Source of the DNA: Psychrobacter sp. DM4
GTDB taxonomy: Bacteria; Pseudomonadota; Gammaproteobacteria; Pseudomonadales; Moraxellaceae
Direction of reading: 5' to 3'
Assembly: GCF_051307035.1 (NCBI RefSeq)
Contig: NZ_CP195536.1
Location: 900,001 to 932,000, forward strand
Length of the DNA: 32,000 nt
The translations under genes were made by a program, and so were the position numbers. Under the pieces are notes generated by a model, which did not search any database, was not told where the DNA came from, and worked only from the letters and a program-made list of their open reading frames with translations. This document shows, in pieces, positions 17,642 through 28,238 of the stretch; the stretch's first letter is position 1; every line of letters begins with the position of its first letter.

Positions 17642-18757
17642 ATGTCAACGCCTGCGCCTATTAACCGCCGCCTTACCAAAAAGATATATGTCGGTGATGT
17701 GGCAATCGGTGGTGATGCCCCGATCAGTGTGCAAAGTATGACTAATACGGACACCTGTGATGTGGCAGCTACAGTAGCCCAGATTGAACGCTGCGTTGAA
17801 GCAGGCGCTGATCTGATGCGAGTATCAACGCCCACGATGGATACGGTCGAAGCCTTTGGTAAAATTCGCAAACTAGTCACTGTACCACTTATAGCGGACG
17901 TGCATTTTGATCATAAAATTGCGTTAGCTGTCGCAGAAGCGGGCGCTGATTGCTTACGTATTAATCCAGGCAACATCGGTAGTGATGCGAAAGTGCGAGA
18001 AGTGGTCGCTTGTGCGAGGCATCATAATATTCCTATTCGTATCGGCGTCAATGCAGGTTCGCTAGAAAAAGATATTCAGCGCAAATATACTGAGCCAACG
18101 GGCGAGGCGATGCTTGAGTCGGCCATGCGCCATATCGACATATTGGAGCGTCTAAACTTCGATCAATATAAAGTTTCAGTAAAAGCCAGTAATGTGTTCT
18201 TGACGATGGACGCTTATCGTTTGATATCCGCGCAAATAGACAATCCTCTACATTTAGGTGTTACAGAAGCTGGGGTATATCGTACGGGCGCTGTCAAGTC
18301 AGCGATTGCTCTAGGCGGATTGTTACTCGATGGCATTGGCGATACAATTCGAATATCGCTCGCCGCTGAACCTGAAGAGGAGATCAAAATCGGTTTTGAT
18401 ATCCTAAAGTCACTCAATATCCGCTCAAATGGTGTCAACTTCATTGCCTGTCCGAGTTGCTCGCGTCAGGAGTTCGATGTTATTAGAGTGATGACGGCAC
18501 TGGAGTCACGTTTAGAGGACATACGCGAGCCGATGAACCTATCGGTCATAGGGTGCAAGGTTAACGGACCAGGTGAGGCCAAAGAAGCAGACATCGGTAT
18601 CGTTGGCGCTGCGCCCAAATCATTAGTTTACCGTATGGGCGAAAAGAGTCATTTGATCGATACCACTAACCTAGTTGACGAGATCGAGAGCATGGTTCGT
18701 GAGCATGCTGATAAGCTAGCAAAGGCACGTGAGAATGAGATTATTCGCGTCAGATAG
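17642..18757 (+). CDS. ispG: 4-hydroxy-3-methylbut-2-en-1-yl diphosphate synthase (MEP pathway)
   Basis: [29 protein letters not shown], the [10 protein letters not shown] Cys motif and [11 protein letters not shown]. Start ATG 17642 has AAGGA 8 nt upstream. Confidence 0.97.
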   Translation: MSTPAPINRRLTKKIYVGDVAIGGDAPISVQSMTNTDTCDVAATVAQIERCVEAGADLMRVSTPTMDTVEAFGKIRKLVTVPLIADVHFDHKIALAVAEAGADCLRINPGNIGSDAKVREVVACARHHNIPIRIGVNAGSLEKDIQRKYTEPTGEAMLESAMRHIDILERLNFDQYKVSVKASNVFLTMDAYRLISAQIDNPLHLGVTEAGVYRTGAVKSAIALGGLLLDGIGDTIRISLAAEPEEEIKIGFDILKSLNIRSNGVNFIACPSCSRQEFDVIRVMTALESRLEDIREPMNLSVIGCKVNGPGEAKEADIGIVGAAPKSLVYRMGEKSHLIDTTNLVDEIESMVREHADKLAKARENEIIRVR

Positions 18758-18854
18758 TTCAAGACTTAAATCTTATAACCTTGAAAGCTGATAAAAAGAC
18801 TCGTAGTTATAATAAAAATAAAGCATAAATAATGCTTAGGGATATAACCATACC

Positions 18855-20135
18855 ATGATAAAAGCGATTAAAGGATTTAACGATATTTTGCCAGAACAAG
18901 CCGCTAAATGGCTACGTCTAGAAGCGGTATTGGCTAATGTGCTAGCTCGATATGGTTACGAGCATATTCGTCTGCCTATCGTTGAGCAGACGGATCTGTT
19001 TGCCAGAGCTATTGGCGGTGCCACCGATATCGTTGAAAAAGAGATGTATAGTTTCGCTGACAAGTCTGAGCCGCCGACACCTTTAACTTTGCGTCCTGAA
19101 GGTACGGCAGGGGCGGTACGTGCTGTTATCGAGCATAATCTATTGCGCGGTGATGCGCCAAAGCTGTGGTACATAGGGCCGATGTTTCGCTACGAGCGTC
19201 CGCAAAAGGGTCGTTATCGTCAGTTTCATCAGCTCGGCGTTGAGAGCTTTGGTAGCACGCTACCTGATGCAGATGCAGAGCTTATTGCTATGACGTACCT
19301 TATGTGGCAAGAGCTTGGTCTAAAAGACGAGATGAGATTGCAGCTCAATAGTTTGGGTGAGATCGATGAACGTCACGCTTATCGCGATGCGCTCGTGACT
19401 TATTTAACTGATAAACAAGAGCAACTCGACGAGGATAGCAAACGCCGATTGACGACTAATCCGCTGCGTATATTGGACAGTAAAGAAGCTAGCACTCAAG
19501 CGCTCTTAAAAGATGCGCCAAAACTGGCGGAGTTTTTGGGTGATGACAGTATTGCTCATTTTGAGCAAGTCAAAGCTTATTTAGATGAGCTGGGTATCCA
19601 TTACGAGATCAACCCGCATTTGGTACGAGGTCTTGATTATTACAACAAAACTGTTTTTGAATGGGTGACCGACAAGCTTGGTAGTCAGGCAACGGTCTGT
19701 GCTGGTGGACGCTATGATGGTCTGATCGGTCAGCTAAAATCCATGGGCAGTGATAAGCCTGCCAAGTCTGAGCCTGGCGTGGGTTTCGCTATGGGCCTTG
19801 AGCGCTTATTGCTGCTCATCGAAGCAGTCGCGCCTTTCGATGAGATAGTGGCCTGTGACGTCTTTGTGGCTGCGCATCCTGACGTCTATAGCGCAGGTGT
19901 GCGTTTTGCGCAAAATTTGCGTTATGACCGAGCAGACTTGCGAATTAAAATGGCGAGTGCGACTAGTCTAAAAGCACAAATGAAAAAGGCAGACAAGTCG
20001 GGTGCTGCATTGACGGTCATTATCGCGCAGCAAGAGCTTGATGAGCAGACCATCAGTATTAAGAATATGCAGACAGGCGAGCAGCAGACAGTCGATCAGA
20101 AGTGGCTGTCTAACAAAGAAAATTTTGCGATTTAG
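18855..20135 (+). CDS. hisS: Histidine--tRNA ligase
   Basis: [48 protein letters not shown] and GFAMGLERL are class-II HisRS motifs. Confidence 0.97.
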   Translation: MIKAIKGFNDILPEQAAKWLRLEAVLANVLARYGYEHIRLPIVEQTDLFARAIGGATDIVEKEMYSFADKSEPPTPLTLRPEGTAGAVRAVIEHNLLRGDAPKLWYIGPMFRYERPQKGRYRQFHQLGVESFGSTLPDADAELIAMTYLMWQELGLKDEMRLQLNSLGEIDERHAYRDALVTYLTDKQEQLDEDSKRRLTTNPLRILDSKEASTQALLKDAPKLAEFLGDDSIAHFEQVKAYLDELGIHYEINPHLVRGLDYYNKTVFEWVTDKLGSQATVCAGGRYDGLIGQLKSMGSDKPAKSEPGVGFAMGLERLLLLIEAVAPFDEIVACDVFVAAHPDVYSAGVRFAQNLRYDRADLRIKMASATSLKAQMKKADKSGAALTVIIAQQELDEQTISIKNMQTGEQQTVDQKWLSNKENFAI

Positions 20136-20249
20136 CCATGCTTTTAGCAGTATCTTTACTATCATCGATAAAATCAATGATACAAATAAAGGTATTATTA
20201 CAGTGCTTGTACCACGACATCTTTTAAATATTTTAGTAGGTAAATGATC

Positions 20250-21065
20250 ATGGCATTGAACCCTAATTCACCAAATACTGATAACTCAATGCAAGCTTTG
20301 CAAAAGTACGGTGGTAATATTATCACGGTGATTTTGCTCGCATTAGCAGGTTATTTTGGTTGGACGTACTGGCAGAATAATCATGCACGGGTAGATACTG
20401 TCGCAGCTGACCAGTACGCTGATATTCAAAGGCTCAATGAAGAGGTCAGTCTGGCGTCACAAAATCCAGATCTAGAAGCAGATGCCTTGAGTGCGATTGC
20501 AGATAGTCGTACTCAGCTGGATCAAAGCATCGATACTTTGGTTCAGACTCATGGTGATTCTGTTTATGCTTGGCAAGCGCTGATGATAAAAGCACGTACA
20601 CAAGCGGATAGTGATGACTTTAAGGGCGCAAGTGAAACCTTACAAAAGGCGCTCGCTATTGATCTTGGTGATGCAGGTCTCAAAGCGATTACACAATTGC
20701 GTTACGCTGAGACGTTGCTCGCTATGGGTGACGCAGATGGTGCACTAGCTGAAGCTAATAACGATCTACCTAGTTCATTCGAAGCCAGTCAACAAGAGCT
20801 ATTGGGGGACATCTATCAGGCTCAAAACAAGCAAGATGCCGCTATTCTAGCCTACAATAATGCTTGGGAGTTGTTACGAGAGCGTAAGGAGATTCGTTCA
20901 GTATTGGCATTGAAAATGGAGAGCTTAGGGATAGTACCTGAGCCAATCAGTGAGCAAGCAAGTTTGGTTCAAGCCTCTACCACTCAGCCAACAGCAATAG
21001 AGACCGATCCTAACGCGAATGAACCTAATGTAGTCGTTGACACGCCTACCGAGAATACACCATAA
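20250..21065 (+). CDS. yfgM: YfgM-like membrane-anchored TPR protein (ancillary SecYEG/periplasmic chaperone partner)
   Basis: Single N-terminal TM helix (NIITVILLALAGYFGWTYW) followed by a TPR-like helical domain. Conserved position between hisS and bamB. Start taken at ATG 20250. Confidence 0.7.
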   Translation: MALNPNSPNTDNSMQALQKYGGNIITVILLALAGYFGWTYWQNNHARVDTVAADQYADIQRLNEEVSLASQNPDLEADALSAIADSRTQLDQSIDTLVQTHGDSVYAWQALMIKARTQADSDDFKGASETLQKALAIDLGDAGLKAITQLRYAETLLAMGDADGALAEANNDLPSSFEASQQELLGDIYQAQNKQDAAILAYNNAWELLRERKEIRSVLALKMESLGIVPEPISEQASLVQASTTQPTAIETDPNANEPNVVVDTPTENTP

Positions 21066-21111
21066 ATTTGATGCTTATTTATTTATCATTCACTCGTAGT
21101 GAGAACCTATA

Positions 21112-22305
21112 ATGACTCAATCTATTCGCTCCAAAAGCACTATCAAAAAGACCATTATGAACGTAGCGGTATTGGCGCTCATGTCTACTGCTGTCGCTGG
21201 ATGTAACCGCGGTATCAAGCCTATCGTCAATGATCCGGTCAAACTGGTTCAAATTGCTCAGCCTATTAGTGTGCTACAACCTGTCTTTAGTGTCGATGTT
21301 GGCAACAAAAAAGCCAGCAAAAAAGATCCACTTAGCATACAGGTCGGCTATGACAATGGCCAAATAGTCACAGCCTCACGTGGCGGCGACCTAATGGGAT
21401 TTGACAAGGCTGGACAGCGTTTATGGTCAGTGAATGTCGGTGATGAGATCACAGGTGGCGTAGCTTTAGATGCGTTTAGTCAGACCGCTGTAGTCAGTAC
21501 TCGCAGCGGACGAGTTCTAGCCTATGATAGTATGACGGGCGCTAGGCGCTGGCAGCAGCAACTATCGGGATCAGTACTGACGCCTGCACTCATTACGAAC
21601 AACAGAGTCGTCTTGTCTGCTAATGATGGATTTTTGCATGGGCTTGCACTTCAATCAGGTCAGTCTATTTGGCAGTTTGCTACCCAAGTTTCTGCTATTA
21701 GCATTCGTGGTACAGCTGTGCCAACCTCGCTAGATGACAAGACAGCACTACTAGCGACTGCTGATGGTCGCTTGCATGCTATCACTACTGATAGTGGTCT
21801 ACCGCAGTGGTCGCGACGTATCGGCGTTGGTACAGGTAGCAGTGAAGTTGAGCGCATGAGTGATGTCGATGGCATGCCCATAGTCGATAATGACCAGCTC
21901 TTTGCCATCAGCTATAGCGGTCAGCTCCTTGGCGTTGATTTGGCATCAAAGCAAGTCATGTATTTGAACGATATTGCAAGTCTTAGGTCTTTGGCTGTGA
22001 ACAATCAGCAAGTGATCGCAACCAGCTTGGCAGGAAAAGTAGCCGCTTATGATCGAAATAGTGGCGAGACGCTGTGGGAGAGTGACGAGCTGGCTTATCG
22101 TGAACTGACCAATCCTGTGATGATAGGTAACTATATTGCGATCGGCGACTTGGACGGGGTAGTGCATCTGTTCAACCCAGCGACGGGCGCTATTGTTAGC
22201 CGTGTACAGACTAAGGGCGCACTAACGACTTTGCAAACTCAAAATAATCGTTTGTTAACTCAAAGTACAACAGGTCAAGTCGCTATCTGGCAACTGGCAC
22301 AATAA
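21112..22305 (+). CDS. bamB: Outer-membrane protein assembly factor BamB (PQQ-like beta-propeller lipoprotein)
   Basis: Lipobox AVAGC, repeated W-containing propeller blades (G..LW, G..RW, G..IW, G.PQW, GETLW) and conserved yfgM-bamB-der context. Confidence 0.9.
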   Translation: MTQSIRSKSTIKKTIMNVAVLALMSTAVAGCNRGIKPIVNDPVKLVQIAQPISVLQPVFSVDVGNKKASKKDPLSIQVGYDNGQIVTASRGGDLMGFDKAGQRLWSVNVGDEITGGVALDAFSQTAVVSTRSGRVLAYDSMTGARRWQQQLSGSVLTPALITNNRVVLSANDGFLHGLALQSGQSIWQFATQVSAISIRGTAVPTSLDDKTALLATADGRLHAITTDSGLPQWSRRIGVGTGSSEVERMSDVDGMPIVDNDQLFAISYSGQLLGVDLASKQVMYLNDIASLRSLAVNNQQVIATSLAGKVAAYDRNSGETLWESDELAYRELTNPVMIGNYIAIGDLDGVVHLFNPATGAIVSRVQTKGALTTLQTQNNRLLTQSTTGQVAIWQLAQ

Positions 22306-22341
22306 TTGCCCTTGTTATCCTTTATCATTATTAATTTTTAT

Positions 22342-22385
22342 AGGCATTAGACGCTGCTTAATCAGTGTTTAATGCCTTTATTATT
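22342..22385 (+). terminator. Candidate terminator after bamB
   Basis: An 8-bp stem (22342-22349 AGGCATTA pairs with 22370-22377 TAATGCCT) with a long loop, followed by a T-rich TTTATTATT tail. Confidence 0.5.
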
Positions 22386-22492
22386 CGTTAATTATCCTCC
22401 ACTAACTAAAGCTTGCGATAATACAAAGCGTATTTGCTTTTATTATGGTTCGCTACTGTGCTAACTTTAAAGCACACAATAGAGAGTATCGC

Positions 22493-23908
22493 ATGAGTAT
22501 CAAACCTGTGGTCGCCTTAATTGGTCGCCCAAACGTCGGTAAATCCACCTTATTTAACCAGTTCACAAAAAGTCGCCAAGCCTTGGTTGCCGATCTATCA
22601 GGTCTCACCCGCGATCGTCAATATGGTGATGCAAGGTACGAAGATAAGTCGTTTATCGTCGTCGATACAGGCGGTATTGGTGAAGCAGATGATGGTAGCG
22701 GGAACATCGATGACTATATGTCTGAGCAGTCGCACACGGCGATACACGAGGCAGATATTGTCGTATTCGTCGTTGATGCCCGCGCAGGTATGATTGGCGC
22801 TGATGCTGAAATTGGCAAGTTTTTGCATACTTTGGGTAAGCCCGTCTACGTCGTTGCCAATAAAGTAGACGGCGCTCACGATTCAGCGCCCGCTGAATTT
22901 TATGCGTTAGGACTAGGCGAGCCTTATCCTATGGCGGCAAGTCACGGGCGCGGCGTTGGAAATCTGCTGGAAGTCATTACCGCCGATATGCCGGAGGACG
23001 GTCATGCTCAAGAGCCTGATGGCCTCAAATTAGCAATAATTGGTCGACCCAATGTCGGTAAATCAACACTGGTCAATCGGTTACTAGGTGAAGATCGTGT
23101 CGTTGTCTTTGACATGCCAGGTACGACACGCGATAGTATCTATATCCCTTATCAGCGCGATGGCAAAGACTATGTGCTGATCGATACCGCAGGTGTTCGT
23201 CGCCGTGGCAAAATTGATGAAAAGGTAGAGAAATTCTCAGTCATCAAAACCTTGCAAGCGATCAAAGACTCGAACGTGACGGTCATTGTCATCGACGCTC
23301 AAGAAGGCATCGTTGATCAAGATCTACATATGATCGGCTATGCGCTCGATGCTGGCCGCGCTCTAATCGTCGCTATCAACAAGTGGGACGGTCTGACTCA
23401 AGACCAAAAAGACTATATTAAGATTGAGATGGATCGTCGTTTTAACTTTATCCCTTATGTCAAAGTCCATCTAATATCTGCCCTACACGGCACAGGAGTC
23501 GGTAACCTATATCCCTCAATTCGCCGCGCTTATGAGTCCTCGATGTTTGAGGTGTCAACCAATCGTTTGACGCAAATACTACAAGACGCGGTAACCGCAA
23601 ACCCGCCGCCCGCAATCGGTGGACGCCGAATCAAGTTGCGCTACGCCCATATTGGTGGGCATAATCCGCCCGTTATTGTCATCCACGGTAATCAAACAGG
23701 ATCGCTACCAAAGAGTTATCAGCGCTACCTCGAAAACCAGTTTCGTCAAGTATTCAAGTTAGAGGGCACGCCTCTCAACGTCGTCTTTAAGCTGAACGAA
23801 AACCCATACGCTCACAAGAGCAATACGCCAACTAAGGCAAAGGCGCAACAACTGCGTCAGCGCAAACAACGCAAAAAGTTCACTAAAGGGGATAAAAGAG
23901 ATCGATGA
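22493..23908 (+). CDS. der: Ribosome-biogenesis GTPase Der (EngA), tandem GTPase domains
   Basis: Two G domains, each with a P-loop GRPNVGKST (residues near [22 protein letters not shown] and [16 protein letters not shown]), DTGG/DTAG and NKVD/NKWD motifs, and a KH-like C-terminus with a basic tail. Confidence 0.97.
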   Translation: MSIKPVVALIGRPNVGKSTLFNQFTKSRQALVADLSGLTRDRQYGDARYEDKSFIVVDTGGIGEADDGSGNIDDYMSEQSHTAIHEADIVVFVVDARAGMIGADAEIGKFLHTLGKPVYVVANKVDGAHDSAPAEFYALGLGEPYPMAASHGRGVGNLLEVITADMPEDGHAQEPDGLKLAIIGRPNVGKSTLVNRLLGEDRVVVFDMPGTTRDSIYIPYQRDGKDYVLIDTAGVRRRGKIDEKVEKFSVIKTLQAIKDSNVTVIVIDAQEGIVDQDLHMIGYALDAGRALIVAINKWDGLTQDQKDYIKIEMDRRFNFIPYVKVHLISALHGTGVGNLYPSIRRAYESSMFEVSTNRLTQILQDAVTANPPPAIGGRRIKLRYAHIGGHNPPVIVIHGNQTGSLPKSYQRYLENQFRQVFKLEGTPLNVVFKLNENPYAHKSNTPTKAKAQQLRQRKQRKKFTKGDKRDR

Positions 23909-23935
23909 TGCTATCTTTAAGATAGAGCTATGACT

Positions 23936-23966
23936 TTATTCGGTTCTATTTTTTATTCGGTTCTAT
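23936..23966. repeat. Tandem direct repeat TTATTCGGTTCTAT x2, period 17 bp
   Basis: 23936-23949 and 23953-23966 are identical and separated by TTT. The repeat lies in the der to kinase spacer. Confidence 0.9.
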
Positions 23967-24094
23967 AAAGTCTCGATTATTTGTCGAACCTCTAAAAGGC
24001 TGATTTATCTTTGTCAGTGAGCCTAATTGCGAGTAGTATGAATAGAATGATAGGTATTTTGATAACTATGGACGTTCAACACTAGTGACGCAAT

Positions 24095-25996
24095 ATGAAA
24101 AACCGTTCACAAAGGACTCTCTCTACTATTGCTTGGAGTGCTGTTATACAGGTCACTCTAGTGACTGTATTGACTGGGTTTTTATTATCTGTCGTTTATG
24201 GTTTGATTTACCACTATCAACAAAAAAAGCAACATGTTGAGCAACTAGCAGCGATATTGACAACCAGCGCTTCGACGCCAGAGGGCGCAGACATTGTGGG
24301 CGATCAGGTCAGTATAGTGCTAGGTAATGAGCCAAGTATACAAAGCATACTATTTTATTCAACCACAGACTCTATTGCCGATAGCGCAAAAGAGCAGAAT
24401 AAAGAGACCCGCAGTGACTGGCGTAACGCCTTGTTTTCTAGTACTGCTAGTTTTAACTATCCAGTTATTAGTCGAGATATTGTAAGCCACGATGCTACAA
24501 ATCGTTTTGTAGACGATAATACTATAGAGAGTCAAGACACTGGTAGCTTAGTCGGCTACCTTAACATCACCCTTGATACCGCTCAAATCCGTAAATACTG
24601 GCTAAAAGAGAACTTGTTATTATGGTTCTTTATTGTCGGATTGAGCGTCGTTTGGGTCATGTTTATACTTCGCAAAATAAATTGGTTCATCAAAGACGTG
24701 GCCACTTTAACGGATGTCTTTAAGCTGGTGGTCGAAAACCCAGACCTTGAGCAGCTACCCGTCACCAAACAACGCCTTGAATTTAAAGAGCTGATGCAAG
24801 CTAAACATGCTTTTATTACTTTGTTTGAGCGTCTCAAAAATAGCAAGCGCGATTATAACGAGCTGGCAGTTTTAGAGCAGCAGCTACACAATAAAGATCT
24901 ATCTCTAAACCTGCAACGCCATACGTTTCAGAGCATGATTAATCATGAACTAAAGACCTCATTGAACGCTATCGTAGGGGGATTGCAGTTACTCGACACT
25001 CAGCAATTGAATACTGAGCAAAGAGATACGACAGCCATTATCAATAAAGGCGCGCAGCAGCTAGTCATCATGCTAGATCAAATCATGCTACTCAATCAGA
25101 TCGATAAAGGTCAAATTAACGTTGAAATACATGAATTTAATCCTTTAGAGGTCATCGCAGATCTTCTCGCAAAGTATGAGCCTATCGCTCAGCGAAAAGG
25201 TCTGACACTAGTGAGCCATGTACATCATATCGATTATTCGTTGCAAGGGGATACTAGCAAAATCAAACAGATGGTATCGACACTATTAGAAAACGCAATA
25301 AAGTTCACATCAGTCGGTGAAATAACGCTGCAATCGCAGCTCACTCATTTTGATCGAAGTAACCGCTGGCAGATCGGTATCAAAGATACAGGTATAGGTA
25401 TAAATACCAATGATATCAATGATATATTTAACCCGTTCTTTCAAGCAGATTCATCGCAAACGCGTCAGTATGAAGGCTCTGGTATCGGTCTTACTGTGGT
25501 CAGACAACTAGCGCAGCTGATCGGTGCGACTGTCGAAGTCGACAGTACGCCCGATATCGGTAGTCAATTTACACTGACTATTCCTATGAGTAGTCAGCGA
25601 CATACCGAGCAGCAATCCATGCTCAGCGGACTAACCATTATTTACTATTACTACCGAGAAAAAGGCTCTCTAGCTGACAAGCTTGAACAGTTAGGCGCTC
25701 GCGTTCATTATCATCAGTACAATAAATCTGTCATTGGACAGATGAGTGTCAAAAAAGTAGATATGGTGATGTGCGCTGAAGATGTGCATCTAAGTAGAGT
25801 GGCGTCACTAGCCAAATCTATTCGTCAATACGAAGAGGCTCATCGCACACTGATTGTTTACTGGTATCCTGCGCAGCAAAAGATGTATTTAGATAGCTTT
25901 GAGCATGGACTAAAAGCAGTAGGCGTGGATTATTGTCATGGGGCAGATATTGATAACAAGACCCTTATCAAACAGCTAAAAAAATGGCTAATATAG
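24095..25996 (+). CDS. Membrane sensor histidine kinase with a degenerate receiver-like C-terminal domain
   Basis: Two TM helices (about residues 12-39 and 172-192) bracket a roughly 130-aa periplasmic segment. H-box INHELKTSLNAIVGG (His284), N-box LLENAIKFT, G1 DTGIGI, F-box FNPFFQAD, G2 GSGIGLTVV. The last approximately 120 aa show an alternating beta/alpha pattern resembling a receiver domain. Confidence 0.85.
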   Translation: MKNRSQRTLSTIAWSAVIQVTLVTVLTGFLLSVVYGLIYHYQQKKQHVEQLAAILTTSASTPEGADIVGDQVSIVLGNEPSIQSILFYSTTDSIADSAKEQNKETRSDWRNALFSSTASFNYPVISRDIVSHDATNRFVDDNTIESQDTGSLVGYLNITLDTAQIRKYWLKENLLLWFFIVGLSVVWVMFILRKINWFIKDVATLTDVFKLVVENPDLEQLPVTKQRLEFKELMQAKHAFITLFERLKNSKRDYNELAVLEQQLHNKDLSLNLQRHTFQSMINHELKTSLNAIVGGLQLLDTQQLNTEQRDTTAIINKGAQQLVIMLDQIMLLNQIDKGQINVEIHEFNPLEVIADLLAKYEPIAQRKGLTLVSHVHHIDYSLQGDTSKIKQMVSTLLENAIKFTSVGEITLQSQLTHFDRSNRWQIGIKDTGIGINTNDINDIFNPFFQADSSQTRQYEGSGIGLTVVRQLAQLIGATVEVDSTPDIGSQFTLTIPMSSQRHTEQQSMLSGLTIIYYYYREKGSLADKLEQLGARVHYHQYNKSVIGQMSVKKVDMVMCAEDVHLSRVASLAKSIRQYEEAHRTLIVYWYPAQQKMYLDSFEHGLKAVGVDYCHGADIDNKTLIKQLKKWLI

Positions 25997-26080
25997 ATAC
26001 AGCTTGCACTTAGGCATAGTAGATATTCATAAGTAGGCAGTGCTAGGGTAGTTTATTCGGGAAACTTTAATATTTGGTAC

Positions 26081-26113
26081 AAAAAAAGACGCCTGAATAA
26101 TAGGCGTCTTTTT
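26081..26113. terminator. Bidirectional terminator between the convergent kinase and dacC genes
   Basis: An 8-bp stem (26087-26094 AGACGCCT pairs with 26102-26109 AGGCGTCT) with a 7-nt loop, flanked by A7 upstream and T5 downstream. Confidence 0.8.
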
Positions 26114-26131
26114 ATTAAAAAGCTTCAAGAA

Positions 26132-27295
26132 TTAAAACAAATTTTGCGCCCAGCGTACCACGTGTTGCCACATCCGGCTTACAAAGCCTGATTTTTCGAC
26201 TGCACTTGTCGCGATAATAGGCACAGAGGCGACCGCTTTACCGTCAATAACCGCCATCATCTTACCAATCTCTTGTCCTTTAGCGATAGGAGCCTCTAGG
26301 CTTTCAGGTATATCGACAACCGTAGTAATCTTGTTCTTTTGCGTTTTTGTAGTCAAGATCTGTAGATTGTCAGCCGTTGCTAGCTCGACCTCTTCAGCTT
26401 GCCCAAACCATACTGGCACTTTACTCACGAACTGACCTGACGGCGCTTTGGTAACGGTCGTAAAATGACCATAGCCCCAATTGAGAAGTTCGCGAGACTG
26501 ATCCGCTCGTGCCTGCTGGCTCTCTGTACCCATGATGACAGAGATCAGACGCATGCCGTCACGATCACTAGAGGCTACCAAACAGTAACCTGCCGCCTCG
26601 GTATGACCTGTTTTTAGACCATCAACCGTAGAGTCTGTAGCGAGTAGCGCGTTACGATTGCCTTGAGTGATACCATTGTAAGTAAACTCTTTTTCGGCAT
26701 AGATGTCATAGTACTCGCCGCTATTTTTGATGATAGCGCGGGCAAGTTTCGCCAGATCCATCGCTGAGGCGTAGTGCCCATCATCTGGCATACCAGTGGA
26801 GTTGACGAAGTTGGTATTATCCATACCTAACTTTTGCGCTTGTTCGTTCATTAAGATTGCAAAAGAGGATTCGCTACCTGCGATATGCTCAGCCATCGCT
26901 TTTGAGGCGTCATTACCTGATTGAATAATGATCCCGCGTAGCATATCGATGACGCTTGCGGTCTTGTTCACAGGAACATACATACAAGATTGGCTACTGC
27001 TACCGCGGCACCAAGCATTCTCACTCATCAAGACTTGATCATCTTCGCTTAAATCATTTGAGGCTAGACGCTGCTCAATGATATAACTGGTCATCATTTT
27101 GGTCAAAGAAGCAGGTGGCAGGGGTTGATTGGCATTTTTTTGTGCCAAGATCTCGCCTGTATTGTAGTCCATTAACACATAAGCTGTATTATCCATCTCA
27201 GGCGCTTGAACAGCGGCGCCTGCCATCACCGCACTCATAGAGACGCTTGCAACCATAAGCTGAATCAGTTGTTTTTTTACCTGCTTTACTATCAT
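26132..27295 (-). CDS. dacC: D-alanyl-D-alanine carboxypeptidase (low-molecular-weight PBP, PBP5/6 class)
   Basis: Signal peptide, SxxK (ASLTKMM), SxN (QSGND) and KTG (LKTGHT) motifs, plus a C-terminal beta domain and amphipathic anchor. The dacA versus dacC assignment is arbitrary. Confidence 0.9.
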   Translation of the reverse strand: MIVKQVKKQLIQLMVASVSMSAVMAGAAVQAPEMDNTAYVLMDYNTGEILAQKNANQPLPPASLTKMMTSYIIEQRLASNDLSEDDQVLMSENAWCRGSSSQSCMYVPVNKTASVIDMLRGIIIQSGNDASKAMAEHIAGSESSFAILMNEQAQKLGMDNTNFVNSTGMPDDGHYASAMDLAKLARAIIKNSGEYYDIYAEKEFTYNGITQGNRNALLATDSTVDGLKTGHTEAAGYCLVASSDRDGMRLISVIMGTESQQARADQSRELLNWGYGHFTTVTKAPSGQFVSKVPVWFGQAEEVELATADNLQILTTKTQKNKITTVVDIPESLEAPIAKGQEIGKMMAVIDGKAVASVPIIATSAVEKSGFVSRMWQHVVRWAQNLF

Positions 27296-27547
27296 AAATC
27301 GTTACACCGCATCATAAAACCAAATGTATCTATCGCATGAGAAAAGGTTTGATTATCAATCAAACGGCTTGCTTTGATACTCAGTATCTTGTGTTCTCTA
27401 GAGCTTACTAAGTGAGTATCGAACAAGTACAGCATTGCTTAAGCGATGGACATAAAAATAACGCCTTATCTTAGCAAAATGCTTGACGATGGGGAATCGA
27501 TAAATGCAATTAAATAAGACCATGAAATATAGAAAAACTCAGATAAT

Positions 27548-27599
27548 AAAAAACTTACTATGACTGATTACCAAAGGCGGATAAGTCATAGTAAGTTTT
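27548..27599 (-). terminator. Rho-independent terminator after the 143-aa exported-protein gene
   Basis: A perfect 16-bp stem (27550-27565 pairs with 27584-27599) with an 18-nt loop. On the minus strand the stem's own 3' arm ends in T4, extended to T6 (complement of A48-A53), followed by ATTAT. Confidence 0.8.
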
Positions 27600-27633
27600 A
27601 TTGAGTATTGCAAGCTTAAACTACCAGTACAAT

Positions 27634-28065
27634 TTAAATAGCCGCGTTAGCCAAGTCTTCACACAGGGCTTTATTTTCTTGTCTAGAAAACCCCATCGTC
27701 CAACTGCGAATGCCCTGCAAGATTTGGCGATAGTCTTGTTGAGTAGATAAGTACTGAATAGCTGCTTTTGGGTCTTCTAGCGAAGGCATCAATTCATGAA
27801 GCTGTACATTGTATGATTTATAAAAGCGCTGTTTTTGCTTACCGTTCAACATCGGCGGGCATATCTCTGAAAGTACTTGCATGACCGCAATCTCATGCTT
27901 AGTAATATTCATACCAGACATATCTAGCGGAATAGTTGTAGAGCTATCCGCAGCAGTAGACACAGAAGACAGCAAGAACGCAGACGCGATAGCACTTGCA
28001 AAACCGACCTTTGACACTGTTTTTTTCAGAGTAGAAGCTGTAGATAATATCGATTGATTCTTCAT
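27634..28065 (-). CDS. Small exported protein of unknown function (two conserved-looking Cys)
   Basis: N-terminal signal peptide (KVGFASAIASAFLLSSVSTAADS). The mature part of about 100 aa is helical-looking, with Cys in EICPPM and KALCEDL. It has its own terminator. No clear RBS is visible. Confidence 0.6.
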   Translation of the reverse strand: MKNQSILSTASTLKKTVSKVGFASAIASAFLLSSVSTAADSSTTIPLDMSGMNITKHEIAVMQVLSEICPPMLNGKQKQRFYKSYNVQLHELMPSLEDPKAAIQYLSTQQDYRQILQGIRSWTMGFSRQENKALCEDLANAAI

Positions 28066-28168
28066 TCAGTATTACGCTCGCTTATAGTGATTTGATGATG
28101 ATATGGTAATAGTTAAAAAAACAAAAGTCACATTAAATCTTCGCTTGTGTGTAGATATATTGTGAGCT

Positions 28169-28238
28169 TAGCTAAGATTACAGCAACATAAAGACAATAT
28201 GAGTAGCTAAGTTACATCAAGATATAAAGATAACTGAT
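28169..28238. repeat. Imperfect direct repeat of roughly 35-bp period, each copy starting TAGCTAAG
   Basis: TAGCTAAGATTACAGCAACATAAAGACAAT (from 28169) versus TAGCTAAGTTACATCAAGATATAAAGATAAC (from 28204). A third related GAGCTTAGCAAC occurs near 28437. Confidence 0.5.

Noticed and set aside
18823-18839. Hairpin AAGCAT-AAATA-ATGCTT immediately upstream of the hisS RBS as a possible T-box or attenuator remnant
   Set aside because: It is only a 6-bp AT-rich stem, with no T-tract and no specifier or T-box consensus. Gammaproteobacterial hisS is not known to use T-box control.
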